From the IMG/VR virus record IMGVR_UViG_3300045049_000270: 64,000 nucleotides of DNA. One strand, given 5' to 3'. Origin of the DNA: a virus. Taxonomy: Duplodnaviria; Heunggongvirae; Uroviricota; Caudoviricetes. The notes beneath the pieces were generated by a model that worked only from the letters and a program-made list of their open reading frames with translations, was not told the DNA's origin and searched no databases. Positions within the stretch are counted from its first letter, which is position 1. Each line of letters begins with the position of its first letter. Position numbers and translations under genes: made by a program. Positions 19,674-28,109 of this stretch are shown here, in pieces.

Positions 19674-20453
19674 ATGATCGAGTTCACCGAAGAGATGCTA
19701 AACAAGCGTAGGTTGCAATTTGGTTGTTTTCATCAATGGCAGCAAAAAGAAGCATCCATTAGTAAATTAAAGGATGAATTTGCTTCTGTTGCTGGTGATC
19801 TAAGCCGCTTCTATGAAATTGATCTTGCGCGTTATTGGGCCAAACGAACAGGTTATACTGTCGCATATGGTAATGGTGTAATTGGTGCTCGATGTATCAA
19901 TCATGACGATTGGACGATTAAGGTCAAACCAGAAAACAAATCATATGAAGACTTAGAATGTGAATCGATCTGGGGTCATGTCTTGTATGAACGTAGATTT
20001 TGCCAAAGTTTAATGAAGGAAAAGTCGAAACGTTACCGCAAACATCTACGTTACGAACTTCGACGACCATACATCGAGCCAGTGTTTCCTGTGATGAATG
20101 AACAAGAAGTAACTCAGCTCTTTCAAGCAGTGCTCAAATATCGTTTGAATGACCCTGACATTGATCCAATTGCCGATTTTACTGATGCGATCAAATTAGG
20201 ATTGATGTTGAATTTTACGGTTTCCGTTGTATCAGAAGTAACCTACTGTAGGTATAATAATAGAAGAACACTTAAAGATTGGTTGCATTGTCCGTATGAA
20301 AATAACAATATTCAAGTCTGTATTGAACACTTTAAAGACGAGAATGATGCATATGGACACGGTGCATTAATCGGAGCTATGTTTATGTTAGACTTCTTTG
20401 ATCGTCGGCTGTTGGATCGAATGCGTCAAACCATCATTGAAAGAGGGTGGTAG
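19674..20453 (+). CDS. hypothetical protein
   Basis: GAGG SD, ATG 19674. Confidence 0.7.
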   Translation: MIEFTEEMLNKRRLQFGCFHQWQQKEASISKLKDEFASVAGDLSRFYEIDLARYWAKRTGYTVAYGNGVIGARCINHDDWTIKVKPENKSYEDLECESIWGHVLYERRFCQSLMKEKSKRYRKHLRYELRRPYIEPVFPVMNEQEVTQLFQAVLKYRLNDPDIDPIADFTDAIKLGLMLNFTVSVVSEVTYCRYNNRRTLKDWLHCPYENNNIQVCIEHFKDENDAYGHGALIGAMFMLDFFDRRLLDRMRQTIIERGW

Positions 20454-20533
20454 GAAAAATAATTTGCGCGTCTAGCTTGCCATACTGTTATAATTCGGGT
20501 CAAGCTTTACTCCACTCAGAATAATAACAATAA

Positions 20534-22408
20534 ATGGCACTTGACAAATCAGTCATCGACTCCAAGCGAGTCGAACTTGAAAAAGTAAAAAAGCAGCTCA
20601 AAACAGAATTCTTTGGTCTCGACTCAATCATCGACAAGGTGATTGATTCAATGTCGGCCTGGTATATTTTCCCTGAACTTATTACACGTCCAGTCATAGT
20701 TAACCTTTGGGGTATGACTGGTGTTGGCAAGACGCAACTCGTGCGTCGCATTGTTTCCCTGCTCGATTTTAGTGACCGCTTTGTTGAAGTGGTTATGGAT
20801 GGTAGTTCATCTCACGGTAGTTATTTTAGTAACTCACTTTCTTCGATTTTGTCGCAATCAAAAATTGAAGAAGGTAAGCCAGGCATTTTGTTGCTTGATG
20901 AGATTCAACGTTTCCGTACAGTTGATGATAACGGCGGTGACATGAAGGTTGAACGTTATCAAGACGTATGGACGTTGTTGAGTGATGGTAAATTCTCATC
21001 CGATTCATCAGTATTCAATGAGATTGAAATGATGATGGCCAGTCGCATGAACGACGATGATGAAGAAAGCGAAGTTGTGGCAGAAGGTGAAACAAAATCC
21101 AAGAAGCACAAGATCTACATGTGGGAAGCAAACAACATCAAGAAGCTTTTGCGTTTGCCGAATTCAGTTTCCGAGATCATGTCGTGGGATTCAAAAGATG
21201 TGGTAGCTGCATATCATAAAGTTCAAGCAACACGCAAGTCATGGGAAATTGATTATACGAAGTTGATCATCTTCATCTCTGGTAATCTTGACACTGCATT
21301 TGCTGGTGCAACCAGTACGGACGATTCAGACACTGATGCTGACTTCTACCACGAAATCACAAAGAATATTTCAACCAACAAGATCAAGGCAAATCTGTTG
21401 CGTCGCTTCCGCCCAGAGCAAATTGCTCGCATGGGCAATAACCACATCATCTATCCCTCGATGAGCAAAGTGTCATACCAGAAGCTTATCGCAGCAACGT
21501 GCAAGCGTTACACTGATGAGATGACTGCGGTATCAGATATCAAGTTTGACATCGACCAGTCAATACTCGATCAAATTTACGACAATTCAGTTTTCCCAAC
21601 ACAAGGAACACGACCAGTCTTTTCTTCGATTCATAAGATCTTCAGTAATCTGCTCGTCAACCTTACGTTTTGGGCCATTGAAAATGACCACAAAGACGTG
21701 AAGCTAACGATCAATGATGGCTTAGCTTTTGTTAATGCAACAGCAGATGGGCAAACAGCCAAGTTTGCAGTTGAGTTCGAAATGAACGAACGCAAGAAGA
21801 AAACATCGGTTGATTATAAGACGTTGGTTGCGGCACACGAAGCAGGGCACGCGATCACATTTGCATTGTTGAACAAGACATCACCTTTTGAAGTGAAGGT
21901 TAATATTAATTCCTTCAATGGTGGTTACATGCTGCCTCCACCAGACAACGAAGCAGTGACGCGTGAGGGATTGCGAAATGATCTCTGCATTTTGTTGAGT
22001 GGACGGGCTGCTGAAGAAATCGTATTCGGTATTGAAAATACTACTACTGGTGCGCAATCTGATATTGCTAAAGCAACTGAAGGTGCTAGTTTCTATGTGC
22101 GACGTTATGGCTTTACTGACGTTGTTGGGCTGATCGAAACTAGTGCGTCACCCACGATCAATTGGTTGACGATGATCGAAGAAACTGATCCAGCAGTGAA
22201 AGCGTTGATTCAACAACAATATGTTCGTGCTAAGGCCTTGATCGGTGAGCACCTAGACTATTACAAACATATTACAAATGTGTTGATTGAACGGAATTCA
22301 CTCAGTCAAGATGAATTTATCGCTGAATCCCAACCGTTCATTAAACTTGAAAAACAGCAACCTTCGTTTCCATTTACGGAGCGCTGGAAACAGTTTCTAG
22401 CAAAGTGA
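20534..22408 (+). CDS. AAA+ ATPase fused to peptidase M41 (FtsH-type protease domain), soluble
   Basis: GMTGVGKT, LLLDEI; HEAGH zinc motif, GRAAEE, TTGAQSD; no transmembrane segment. Confidence 0.85.
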   Translation: MALDKSVIDSKRVELEKVKKQLKTEFFGLDSIIDKVIDSMSAWYIFPELITRPVIVNLWGMTGVGKTQLVRRIVSLLDFSDRFVEVVMDGSSSHGSYFSNSLSSILSQSKIEEGKPGILLLDEIQRFRTVDDNGGDMKVERYQDVWTLLSDGKFSSDSSVFNEIEMMMASRMNDDDEESEVVAEGETKSKKHKIYMWEANNIKKLLRLPNSVSEIMSWDSKDVVAAYHKVQATRKSWEIDYTKLIIFISGNLDTAFAGATSTDDSDTDADFYHEITKNISTNKIKANLLRRFRPEQIARMGNNHIIYPSMSKVSYQKLIAATCKRYTDEMTAVSDIKFDIDQSILDQIYDNSVFPTQGTRPVFSSIHKIFSNLLVNLTFWAIENDHKDVKLTINDGLAFVNATADGQTAKFAVEFEMNERKKKTSVDYKTLVAAHEAGHAITFALLNKTSPFEVKVNINSFNGGYMLPPPDNEAVTREGLRNDLCILLSGRAAEEIVFGIENTTTGAQSDIAKATEGASFYVRRYGFTDVVGLIETSASPTINWLTMIEETDPAVKALIQQQYVRAKALIGEHLDYYKHITNVLIERNSLSQDEFIAESQPFIKLEKQQPSFPFTERWKQFLAK

Positions 22409-22501
22409 TCAAACTAGGGGGCCAATTGGCCCCCTATTCATTTGTGCCTTTACTCGTGTTGGCGTTCGTAGTAGAATGAATTAGAGATTACTACGGGGGC
22501 C

Positions 22502-23530
22502 ATGGTGGTTAGCAAAGTCAAGCGGAAGCCGACACTAGCTGATATGTTCTTGGCAACATCTGTTCGCCGAGAAATTGAAGAACCACATTTTCACGAAACC
22601 ACGTGCGACCATTTACGGCAAGCGCATCGCTTTGTGTTTGATGATCAAGCAACCGAATATGTGGGTGAGATGATCAGAACGATGCCGCGTATCATTGCTG
22701 ACGCGCAAGATTTCGCTATTCCACCGTTTGAGAAAACTTGGATAGAGTTTGATTCTCGAGTGCTGTTCAAAGCCGTAACCTGTAAAGAACCTGATGTGAT
22801 CAGCGACTTTCGGTTGGGTTACCTGATAACAGGTCCGCTTGTTCGTGTAATCGTCAATTCGAACGACGAAAAGATGATTCCAGAAGTTCTCCCCTTGCAA
22901 TACAAACTGTTCCAACCGTTTTCGTTTCAACAGGAATTAGAATTCTGCCAGAAGACGCGTATATCGCGTATCGCTTTAGATGCAATGTATTGGGGCTCGG
23001 CAGCTGATGTTTTCCTGAATGAACAAGATAAAGAAGGGTTGAGATCGTTACGCGAAAATCATTCGATAGAATTGTGCTGCTTACCACAAATTCAAGATCG
23101 TATAATGGACGAACTTGCGTATGGACAAGCAGGTGACTTACGCAACATCATTGCGTTCTTGTTGTTTTTGAATCGCACTAGAGGTGACATCTACCTGAAG
23201 GAAGTTGGTCATGCTCAAGCACTTGTGCGACACCAAGTAAGGCCATTATTAAAGCATTCAGTCATTCACCTGAAGTTGAATCCAATACCAAGATTGCGTA
23301 AGTTGATTGCTGGTCCTGGTGTTTGGCGACGGTTGCATGATGTGCGTGGGCACTTCTGTCATAATAAAGAAGCGAAGTTTAGCGGTTGTATGCATGAATG
23401 GGAAGAAACTAAACCGCTACATTGGGAATGCAAACTCAAATGTGGTGGGGTTCGATGGTGGCGCCATGAGCATCAACGTGGGCATGCTGACAAAGGAACG
23501 GTCACGAGCCACTACAAAGTAACAGAATAA
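22502..23530 (+). CDS. conserved phage hypothetical, paralog of 37982-38968
   Basis: C-terminal RLHDVRGH..WW..HQRG motif. Confidence 0.8.
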   Translation: MVVSKVKRKPTLADMFLATSVRREIEEPHFHETTCDHLRQAHRFVFDDQATEYVGEMIRTMPRIIADAQDFAIPPFEKTWIEFDSRVLFKAVTCKEPDVISDFRLGYLITGPLVRVIVNSNDEKMIPEVLPLQYKLFQPFSFQQELEFCQKTRISRIALDAMYWGSAADVFLNEQDKEGLRSLRENHSIELCCLPQIQDRIMDELAYGQAGDLRNIIAFLLFLNRTRGDIYLKEVGHAQALVRHQVRPLLKHSVIHLKLNPIPRLRKLIAGPGVWRRLHDVRGHFCHNKEAKFSGCMHEWEETKPLHWECKLKCGGVRWWRHEHQRGHADKGTVTSHYKVTE

Positions 23531-23642
23531 AATAATTGTTGACAGGTAGATTGGCATGCCATATAGTGTGACATATGTTGTTGCAGAACAACGCACCAAC
23601 AAAGTGGCAAGCAAGTTGGTAGAAATAATTGACGCCAAATTG

Positions 23643-23985
23643 TTTGCTAAATATAATGTGAACACGCTGTAGGAAACGGCAGCGTTTGTTTAGCAAGTGG
23701 CAAGAAAGTTAGAAAAAGTTGTTGACTTCAGCCAGTTTGCTAAATAGAATTAGAAAACGTTGTAGTTAACAGTTGGTGGCGAATCCTTACGCCCTTGTTA
23801 CTTGGACGTTGCAGTGATAACGAAACGCTGCTCATGGTGGAAGTAGAAACAGGGTTAAGTGAAGTCCTCCACCCGACTTTGCTAAATAGAATTGTAGTTG
23901 TAGAGTGTTGTTTTTCTGCAACAAGTAAGTGTTGGTGGGTTAACAAAAAGTTTGTTGACTTGCCGTTGTAGTAGATGTAGAGTAC
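23643..23985 (+). promoter_or_regulatory. promoter cluster upstream of the tRNA operon
   Basis: three TTTGCTAAATA copies and TTGAC-type -35 boxes (e.g. TTGACT ~23955 .. TAGAGT). Confidence 0.6.
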
Positions 23986-24038
23986 GTAACATGCTGTGAT
24001 GAACACAGCGTAATGATTAACTCCTATTTGAGGGAAAA

Positions 24039-24188
24039 ATGCAAACTTCGTTTAACTTTTATCGACCAGAGCAGCAGCAAGGACATTGCTTGTCCATGCC
24101 CGCAGCAACATGGCTCGGTAATGGTAATCGCGAAGTGAAAAGCATTAGTCTGTCAGATAGTAAGGGGTGCCAAGGGGGTAGCGCATAA
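24039..24188 (+). CDS. leader peptide (49 aa, contains all 20 amino acids)
   Basis: GAGG SD; MQTSFNFYRPEQQQGHCLSMPAATWLGNGNREVKSISLSDSKGCQGGSA*. Confidence 0.7.
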   Translation: MQTSFNFYRPEQQQGHCLSMPAATWLGNGNREVKSISLSDSKGCQGGSA

Positions 24189-24251
24189 TAAGCGCAACCC
24201 TTAAATTACAAGGCACCCCGGTAAACGAAAGTTTCCGGGGTTTCGTGTTTT
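24164..24251 (+). terminator. attenuator: antiterminator 24164-71/24212-19 versus terminator 24216-40 plus U-rich tail
   Basis: GGGGTGCC/GGCACCCC overlaps the 5' arm of CCCCGG-T-AAAC-GAAA-GTTT-CCGGGG-TTTCGTGTTTT. Confidence 0.8.
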
Positions 24252-24280
24252 AGAGCACCAATGTTCTTTGTAGTACGTGT

Positions 24281-24517
24281 GGATGGGAAACGAGATCCCT
24301 GGCGAGCACGTAAAACACAAGCTAAATGGGCGGCGGCGAGGATGAAGGTTCGTTTGCGAGCGAACGTATAAAATTCGTCAGTCTAGGGCAATTAGGCCTA
24401 GACACAACTGCATAACGCAGTAGCATGAAGTTGATGTTGTCCGTTATGCAGATGCTTACTAAGTTGGGCGTGGCTCAAAACCACGTGCGTTGAAAAAGCG
24501 TAACCAACTTAGTAAGC
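24281..24517 (+). ncRNA. structured RNA directly after the attenuator
   Basis: helices 24381-87/24397-403, 24408-17/24442-51, 24454-67/24504-17. Confidence 0.55.
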
Positions 24518-24523
24518 GCTTGT

Positions 24524-24597
24524 TGGGGGATAGTGTAATGGTAGCACCCATGACTTTGACTCATGTAGCCTAGGTTCGAGCCCTAGTCCCTCAGCCA
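24524..24597 (+). tRNA. tRNA-Gln(TTG)
   Basis: cloverleaf, CT-TTG-AC, CCA. Confidence 0.92.
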
Positions 24598-24603
24598 GAA
24601 TAT

Positions 24604-24693
24604 GGAGGCGTGGCAGAGTGGTTTATTGCACCGGTCTTGAAAACCGACGAGTTTTAAAAAGCTCCGTGAGTTCGAATCTCACCGCCTCCGCCA
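24604..24693 (+). tRNA. tRNA-Ser(TGA)
   Basis: class II cloverleaf, CT-TGA-AA. Confidence 0.92.
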
Positions 24694-24758
24694 GTAATAA
24701 AGATGAAACGAGAGGATAACAGCTATAAAGGCACTTGCGTTTCATTTGTAAGTTTTAT

Positions 24759-24843
24759 GGGGTAGCGGTCAAGTTGGAGAGTGGCGGCGGACTGTAAATC
24801 CGTTCCTTCGGGTGAGTTGGTTCGAATCCATCCTACCCCACCA
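24759..24843 (+). tRNA. tRNA-Tyr(GTA)
   Basis: class II, CT-GTA-AA, CCA. Confidence 0.9.
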
Positions 24844-24863
24844 TAATTAAAGGAGATAATGCA

Positions 24864-25040
24864 ATGAATATTATGTCTAGTATCAAGAAAATGTGGCAAG
24901 ATGTTAAAGAGTTTATGAATTCCACAGTGCCACCTGAAGCATTTCAAAATGCTTATGATCCTGAACATAATAGTCAAAAGCATGTTTCGGATTATGAACA
25001 CCCAGATATGCGCAATGCGCCGGGTGGTTATGATTATTAA
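24864..25040 (+). CDS. small hypothetical protein
   Basis: AAGGAG upstream, 58 aa. Confidence 0.5.
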   Translation: MNIMSSIKKMWQDVKEFMNSTVPPEAFQNAYDPEHNSQKHVSDYEHPDMRNAPGGYDY

Positions 25041-25050
25041 GATTCAGTAG

Positions 25051-25202
25051 TTTGCTTTAATCATCCGCACTGCGTTGGTTTTTGACCGATACGCAGAAGA
25101 AGACTGCTACAAGCAGGGTAAATCCAGTGTGTGCCTGTTGAATGCGCCTAAATGTTCGAGGATAAAAAGGTGGTTCGATCCCACCCGGATGAGCAAAGCA
25201 AA
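25051..25202 (+). ncRNA. tRNA-like RNA (acceptor and T arm only, non-tRNA body, extended stem)
   Basis: TCATCCG/CGGATGA with GGTGG-TTCGATC-CCACC; flanking TTTGCTTT/AAAGCAAA; no CCA. Confidence 0.55.
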
Positions 25203-25220
25203 TTGCGATAAAGTTTCAAT

Positions 25221-25308
25221 GGAGAGTGTTCCTGTCAGCGGATTGTAAACCCGTTACCATGATAGACAGGTGGTTGGTTATTAGGTTCGATTCCTTCACT
25301 CTTCACCA
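25221..25308 (+). ncRNA. D-armless Tyr(GTA)-like tRNA
   Basis: acceptor GGAGAGT/ACTCTTC-A-CCA, loop TT-GTA-AA, no D hairpin. Confidence 0.6.
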
Positions 25309-25316
25309 AGTTTTAC

Positions 25317-25472
25317 GGAGATATAGGGCACTGGGAAGCCCAGCAGCAGCATAGGCTGCCGTTGAAAGCAATAGCATTCCGACGTGTGACAGTTGACCAT
25401 GGATAGCACTGTTGCATAGAACAGGGATTGAGCAAGTAGGCTAGTTTGGTTCGATTCCAAATGTCTCCACCA
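25317..25472 (+). ncRNA. tRNA-like RNA with ~85-nt variable region
   Basis: acceptor GGAGATA/TGTCTCC-A-CCA, D arm, GCAGC-AGCATAG-GCTGC arm, T arm. Confidence 0.7.
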
Positions 25473-25548
25473 TCTACTACACATGCCCCGTTAAGACGGG
25501 CACGCATGTTAAGGCATGCGTAAGGTTCTCAGCCGGGTATGTGTTTTT

Positions 25549-25623
25549 GGCCTTGTCTTATATTGGTTATTATCCTAGACTGTCTATCTGGGGAACGGAG
25601 TTCGATTCTCCGCAGGGTCGCCA
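25549..25623 (+). tRNA. tRNA-Asp(GTC)
   Basis: CT-GTC-TA, G73, CCA. Confidence 0.88.
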
Positions 25624-25696
25624 AGTTTAATAGTAGCGGTTGGGTTAAACGTTTGACGATTCGCGCAAGCCAATCCAAAGCGTCCAATTCGCTTAT

Positions 25697-25772
25697 CTCC
25701 CCGTAGTGTTAGCGGCAAGCACACGTGATTTGGGATCATGAAGCGACAGTTCGAGTCTGTCCGGGGTGACCA
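25697..25772 (+). tRNA. tRNA-Pro(TGG)
   Basis: TT-TGG-GA, CCA. Confidence 0.88.
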
Positions 25773-25790
25773 AGTTTTGTTTTACATGAT

Positions 25791-25866
25791 GGGTCCTTAG
25801 TTCAATGGAGAGAATCTCGTGCTACGAACGCGAGGATGGTGTGTTCGATTCACCCAGGACCCTCCA
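25791..25866 (+). tRNA. tRNA-Arg(ACG)
   Basis: CT-ACG-AA, CCA. Confidence 0.88.
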
Positions 25867-25875
25867 AGTTTCATC

Positions 25876-25951
25876 GCCTCGTTAACTCAGCGGCTAGAGT
25901 GCTCGACTGTCTATCGGGAAGTCAGGGGTTCGAACCCCCTACGGGGCGCCA
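25876..25951 (+). tRNA. tRNA-Asp(GTC)
   Basis: CT-GTC-TA, CCA. Confidence 0.92.
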
Positions 25952-26076
25952 GTTTTAAATTACTTGGTGCTATGAGTAGCGAACATAGCATTGTTTCTCA
26001 GTGAAACAGACGCTTGCGTCTCAAGGTGGAATGCAGGGGGTGCGACCTTCGCATAGAAAAACGCACAACAAATTCT

Positions 26077-26153
26077 GGGGGAACATGTACCAAGAGTGGC
26101 GAGATGCACTTGCAATGCGTCTGTGGTGGGTTTGATTCCCACTTTCTCCACCA
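26077..26153 (+). tRNA. tRNA-Ala(TGC)
   Basis: G3.U70, CT-TGC-AA; atypical D arm. Confidence 0.85.
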
Positions 26154-26163
26154 GATTTACAAT

Positions 26164-26239
26164 GTCGTGTTCGTCTAAAGGTAAGGACGGTGGCCTTTCA
26201 AGCCGCAAATGTAGGGTTCAAGTCCCACACACGACTCCA
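26164..26239 (+). tRNA. tRNA-Glu(TTC)
   Basis: CT-TTC-AA, CCA. Confidence 0.88.
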
Positions 26240-26249
26240 AAATTCCAAT

Positions 26250-26325
26250 GCCGTTCAAGCTAACCTGGTGGAAGCGCGGGACTGAAAATCCTGAGGGCGC
26301 GGTTCGATCCCGCGGGGCGGCACCA
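26250..26325 (+). tRNA. tRNA-Phe(GAA)
   Basis: CT-GAA-AA, CCA. Confidence 0.92.
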
Positions 26326-26333
26326 CAAGTTTT

Positions 26334-26421
26334 GAAGTGTCCCTGTGAGGTGGCAAGATAGTCCATAGCGCTTGACGTTATGTTGACGCTTGAGATGGAG
26401 AAGGCGCCGACCATCCACTTC
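26334..26421 (+). ncRNA. small structured RNA sharing the GATAGT(GT)CCATAG motif
   Basis: GAAGTG/CACTTC closing stem, TCCAT/ATGGA helix, U-rich tail. Confidence 0.5.
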
Positions 26422-26439
26422 TTTTTGTTTTTTGACTGT

Positions 26440-26515
26440 TCCGCTCTCGTATTCTCGGTGAGTACCCCCGGCTGTTAACCGGATGAGGTTGGTTCGAATC
26501 CAACGGGCGGAGCCA
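26440..26515 (+). tRNA. tRNA-Asn(GTT)
   Basis: CT-GTT-AA, G73, CCA. Confidence 0.88.
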
Positions 26516-26525
26516 AGTTTATTGG

Positions 26526-27152
26526 CTATAGTCGTTTGACTGTAGTATCTGGTTTGATGCTTGTAGTTAAATTGCCTAGTTGATTAACGATCTCACTTAA
26601 TGTGATTGATCGATCAATGGTGGTTGCGCTAATGATAAAGCGAGTGGTTTCGATGTTTGAAACACCGTGTAAGCGTGCGGTATCAAACAGACACCAGTTA
26701 TTTGCTTCTTGAATATATGATTCCGAAATTTCAAAAGAATCATGTATGGCTTGTTGATCTCGTTGCTCTTCTGTAGGAGCTATAAACCAAGTCTCAACTT
26801 GAGAACCACCAGGTTCAAGTAAAAAATTGAACGCCACATTGCGTTTTCGATCATAATGCGGTACAATGTAAGCAGTGCTGTTTGGATTTTGGTTTGCTAT
26901 CACCGAGAGTGAATAGCACATAGGCCATGGCATAGAATCGAGTATGGCATCAACTTCCGGGAAAATACCTGAACATTGAGGGAAGTTTAGAAACAGAGCA
27001 ATATTTGCTCCTTCTCGATAATTCCAAGGTAGGATGAACGTTGAATTGTCCTTGTTTGTCTTATAAAGAAATTCAAGTTTACCAATAATCTCATTGCTCG
27101 TTTCTGGCGAAATAGTTGGTAAATATAGCTTGTACATGCTCATCGGTATCAT
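26526..27152 (-). CDS. 2OG-Fe(II) oxygenase-like (double-stranded beta-helix) protein
   Basis: IVPHYD HxD motif, distal FDTARLHGV, AT-rich; only credible minus-strand gene in the window. Confidence 0.7.
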   Translation of the reverse strand: MIPMSMYKLYLPTISPETSNEIIGKLEFLYKTNKDNSTFILPWNYREGANIALFLNFPQCSGIFPEVDAILDSMPWPMCYSLSVIANQNPNSTAYIVPHYDRKRNVAFNFLLEPGGSQVETWFIAPTEEQRDQQAIHDSFEISESYIQEANNWCLFDTARLHGVSNIETTRFIISATTIDRSITLSEIVNQLGNLTTSIKPDTTVKRL

Positions 27153-27196
27153 CCTTAAAGAGATATTGATATTTAGTGGTGAGCATTAATGGTTTT

Positions 27197-27245
27197 GGAT
27201 GCCTACAGCAACTTAAATTTTCTTGGTGAAAACGAAAGTGCATCC
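27197..27245 (+). ncRNA. mini Y-RNA-like stem
   Basis: GGATGCCTACAGCAA..GCATCC. Confidence 0.65.
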
Positions 27246-27334
27246 AGTTGTTTTTCAGGGTGAATGATAGACTGGCGTCGTGGAACTCGAGGCTCACCCT
27301 TTTCATGTTTTAGGATGTTTACAGCATCATCAAT

Positions 27335-27409
27335 TCCGGAGTAGCACAGCGGTAGTGCAGCGCACTGTTAATGCGCGGGTCGCTGGTTCGATCCCAGCCT
27401 CCGGAGCCA
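27335..27409 (+). tRNA. tRNA-Asn(GTT)
   Basis: CT-GTT-AA, CCA. Confidence 0.92.
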
Positions 27410-27428
27410 TTTATGTACATCCTGTTAT

Positions 27429-27503
27429 CGCTACGTCGTTCAACGGCTAGGACACTTGTTTCATACGCAGGTTATGGTGGTTCGATTCCACCCGTAGCGA
27501 CCA
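27429..27503 (+). tRNA. tRNA-Met/Ile2(CAT)
   Basis: TT-CAT-AC; identity (Met versus lysidine Ile2) not resolved. Confidence 0.8.
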
Positions 27504-27513
27504 AGATTTCAAT

Positions 27514-27588
27514 ACCTGATTAGCTCAATGGCTAGAGCACTCGACTGATAATCGGGCGACAGTGGTTCGATTCCACTATTAGGTACCA
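27514..27588 (+). tRNA. tRNA-Ile(GAT)
   Basis: CT-GAT-AA, CCA. Confidence 0.92.
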
Positions 27589-27636
27589 CTTTTAAATTGT
27601 GTTGTATGCCAAACGCTGTACAATACGAGGAAATTG

Positions 27637-27798
27637 ATGCAACAAGAACGATACTTCTGCAAGACACGCAGACGCAACAGTAAGTGGAAGCGTGCTGATG
27701 AATTACTTTACCGTATCCGTGACATACATGGGCCACGTAAAGCGTATAACCGTCGAGTAGAAGCATTCTACAGATTGCTTGAACGACGTGGTGAATAA
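27637..27798 (+). CDS. small basic hypothetical protein
   Basis: GAGG SD, 53 aa, R/K-rich. Confidence 0.55.
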   Translation: MQQERYFCKTRRRNSKWKRADELLYRIRDIHGPRKAYNRRVEAFYRLLERRGE

Positions 27799-27859
27799 AT
27801 TTGTGTTGCATTGTACAGCGAAAGGTGTATAATGTGGCAAACTGTTAGCGTAAGCTGAT

Positions 27860-28005
27860 GGGCTGTAACAGAGCCAATATGTACCAGTAGTATGCTACGT
27901 TTTATTGGTGACAGACTTGGTTACAGTTAGGGACGTAGCTCCTCGTTCATTATGTGGAAATGTAAAGCGCTGCATGATGACTTGTGCGAACGCAACGAGT
28001 GCTTT
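27860..28005 (+). ncRNA. pseudoknotted RNA, unassigned
   Basis: CTGTAAC/GTTACAG, CCAATA/TATTGG, loop GCTACGT pairs with downstream ACGTAGC; own TTGCAT..TATAAT promoter. Confidence 0.5.
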
Positions 28006-28013
28006 CAATATAT

Positions 28014-28089
28014 TGCCGGTTAGCTCAGTGGTAGCAGCAGCGTCTTGATAAGGCGAAGGTCATTGGTTCAAATCCAATACCGGCAACCA
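28014..28089 (+). tRNA. tRNA-Ile(GAT)
   Basis: TT-GAT-AA, CCA. Confidence 0.88.
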
Positions 28090-28109
28090 GAATTCTCGCT
28101 TTCGACGAT

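Noticed and set aside
25967-26055. Additional degenerate tRNA between Asp and Ala
   Set aside because: Hairpins are present but no valid T loop, anticodon loop or CCA; kept only as a folded spacer.
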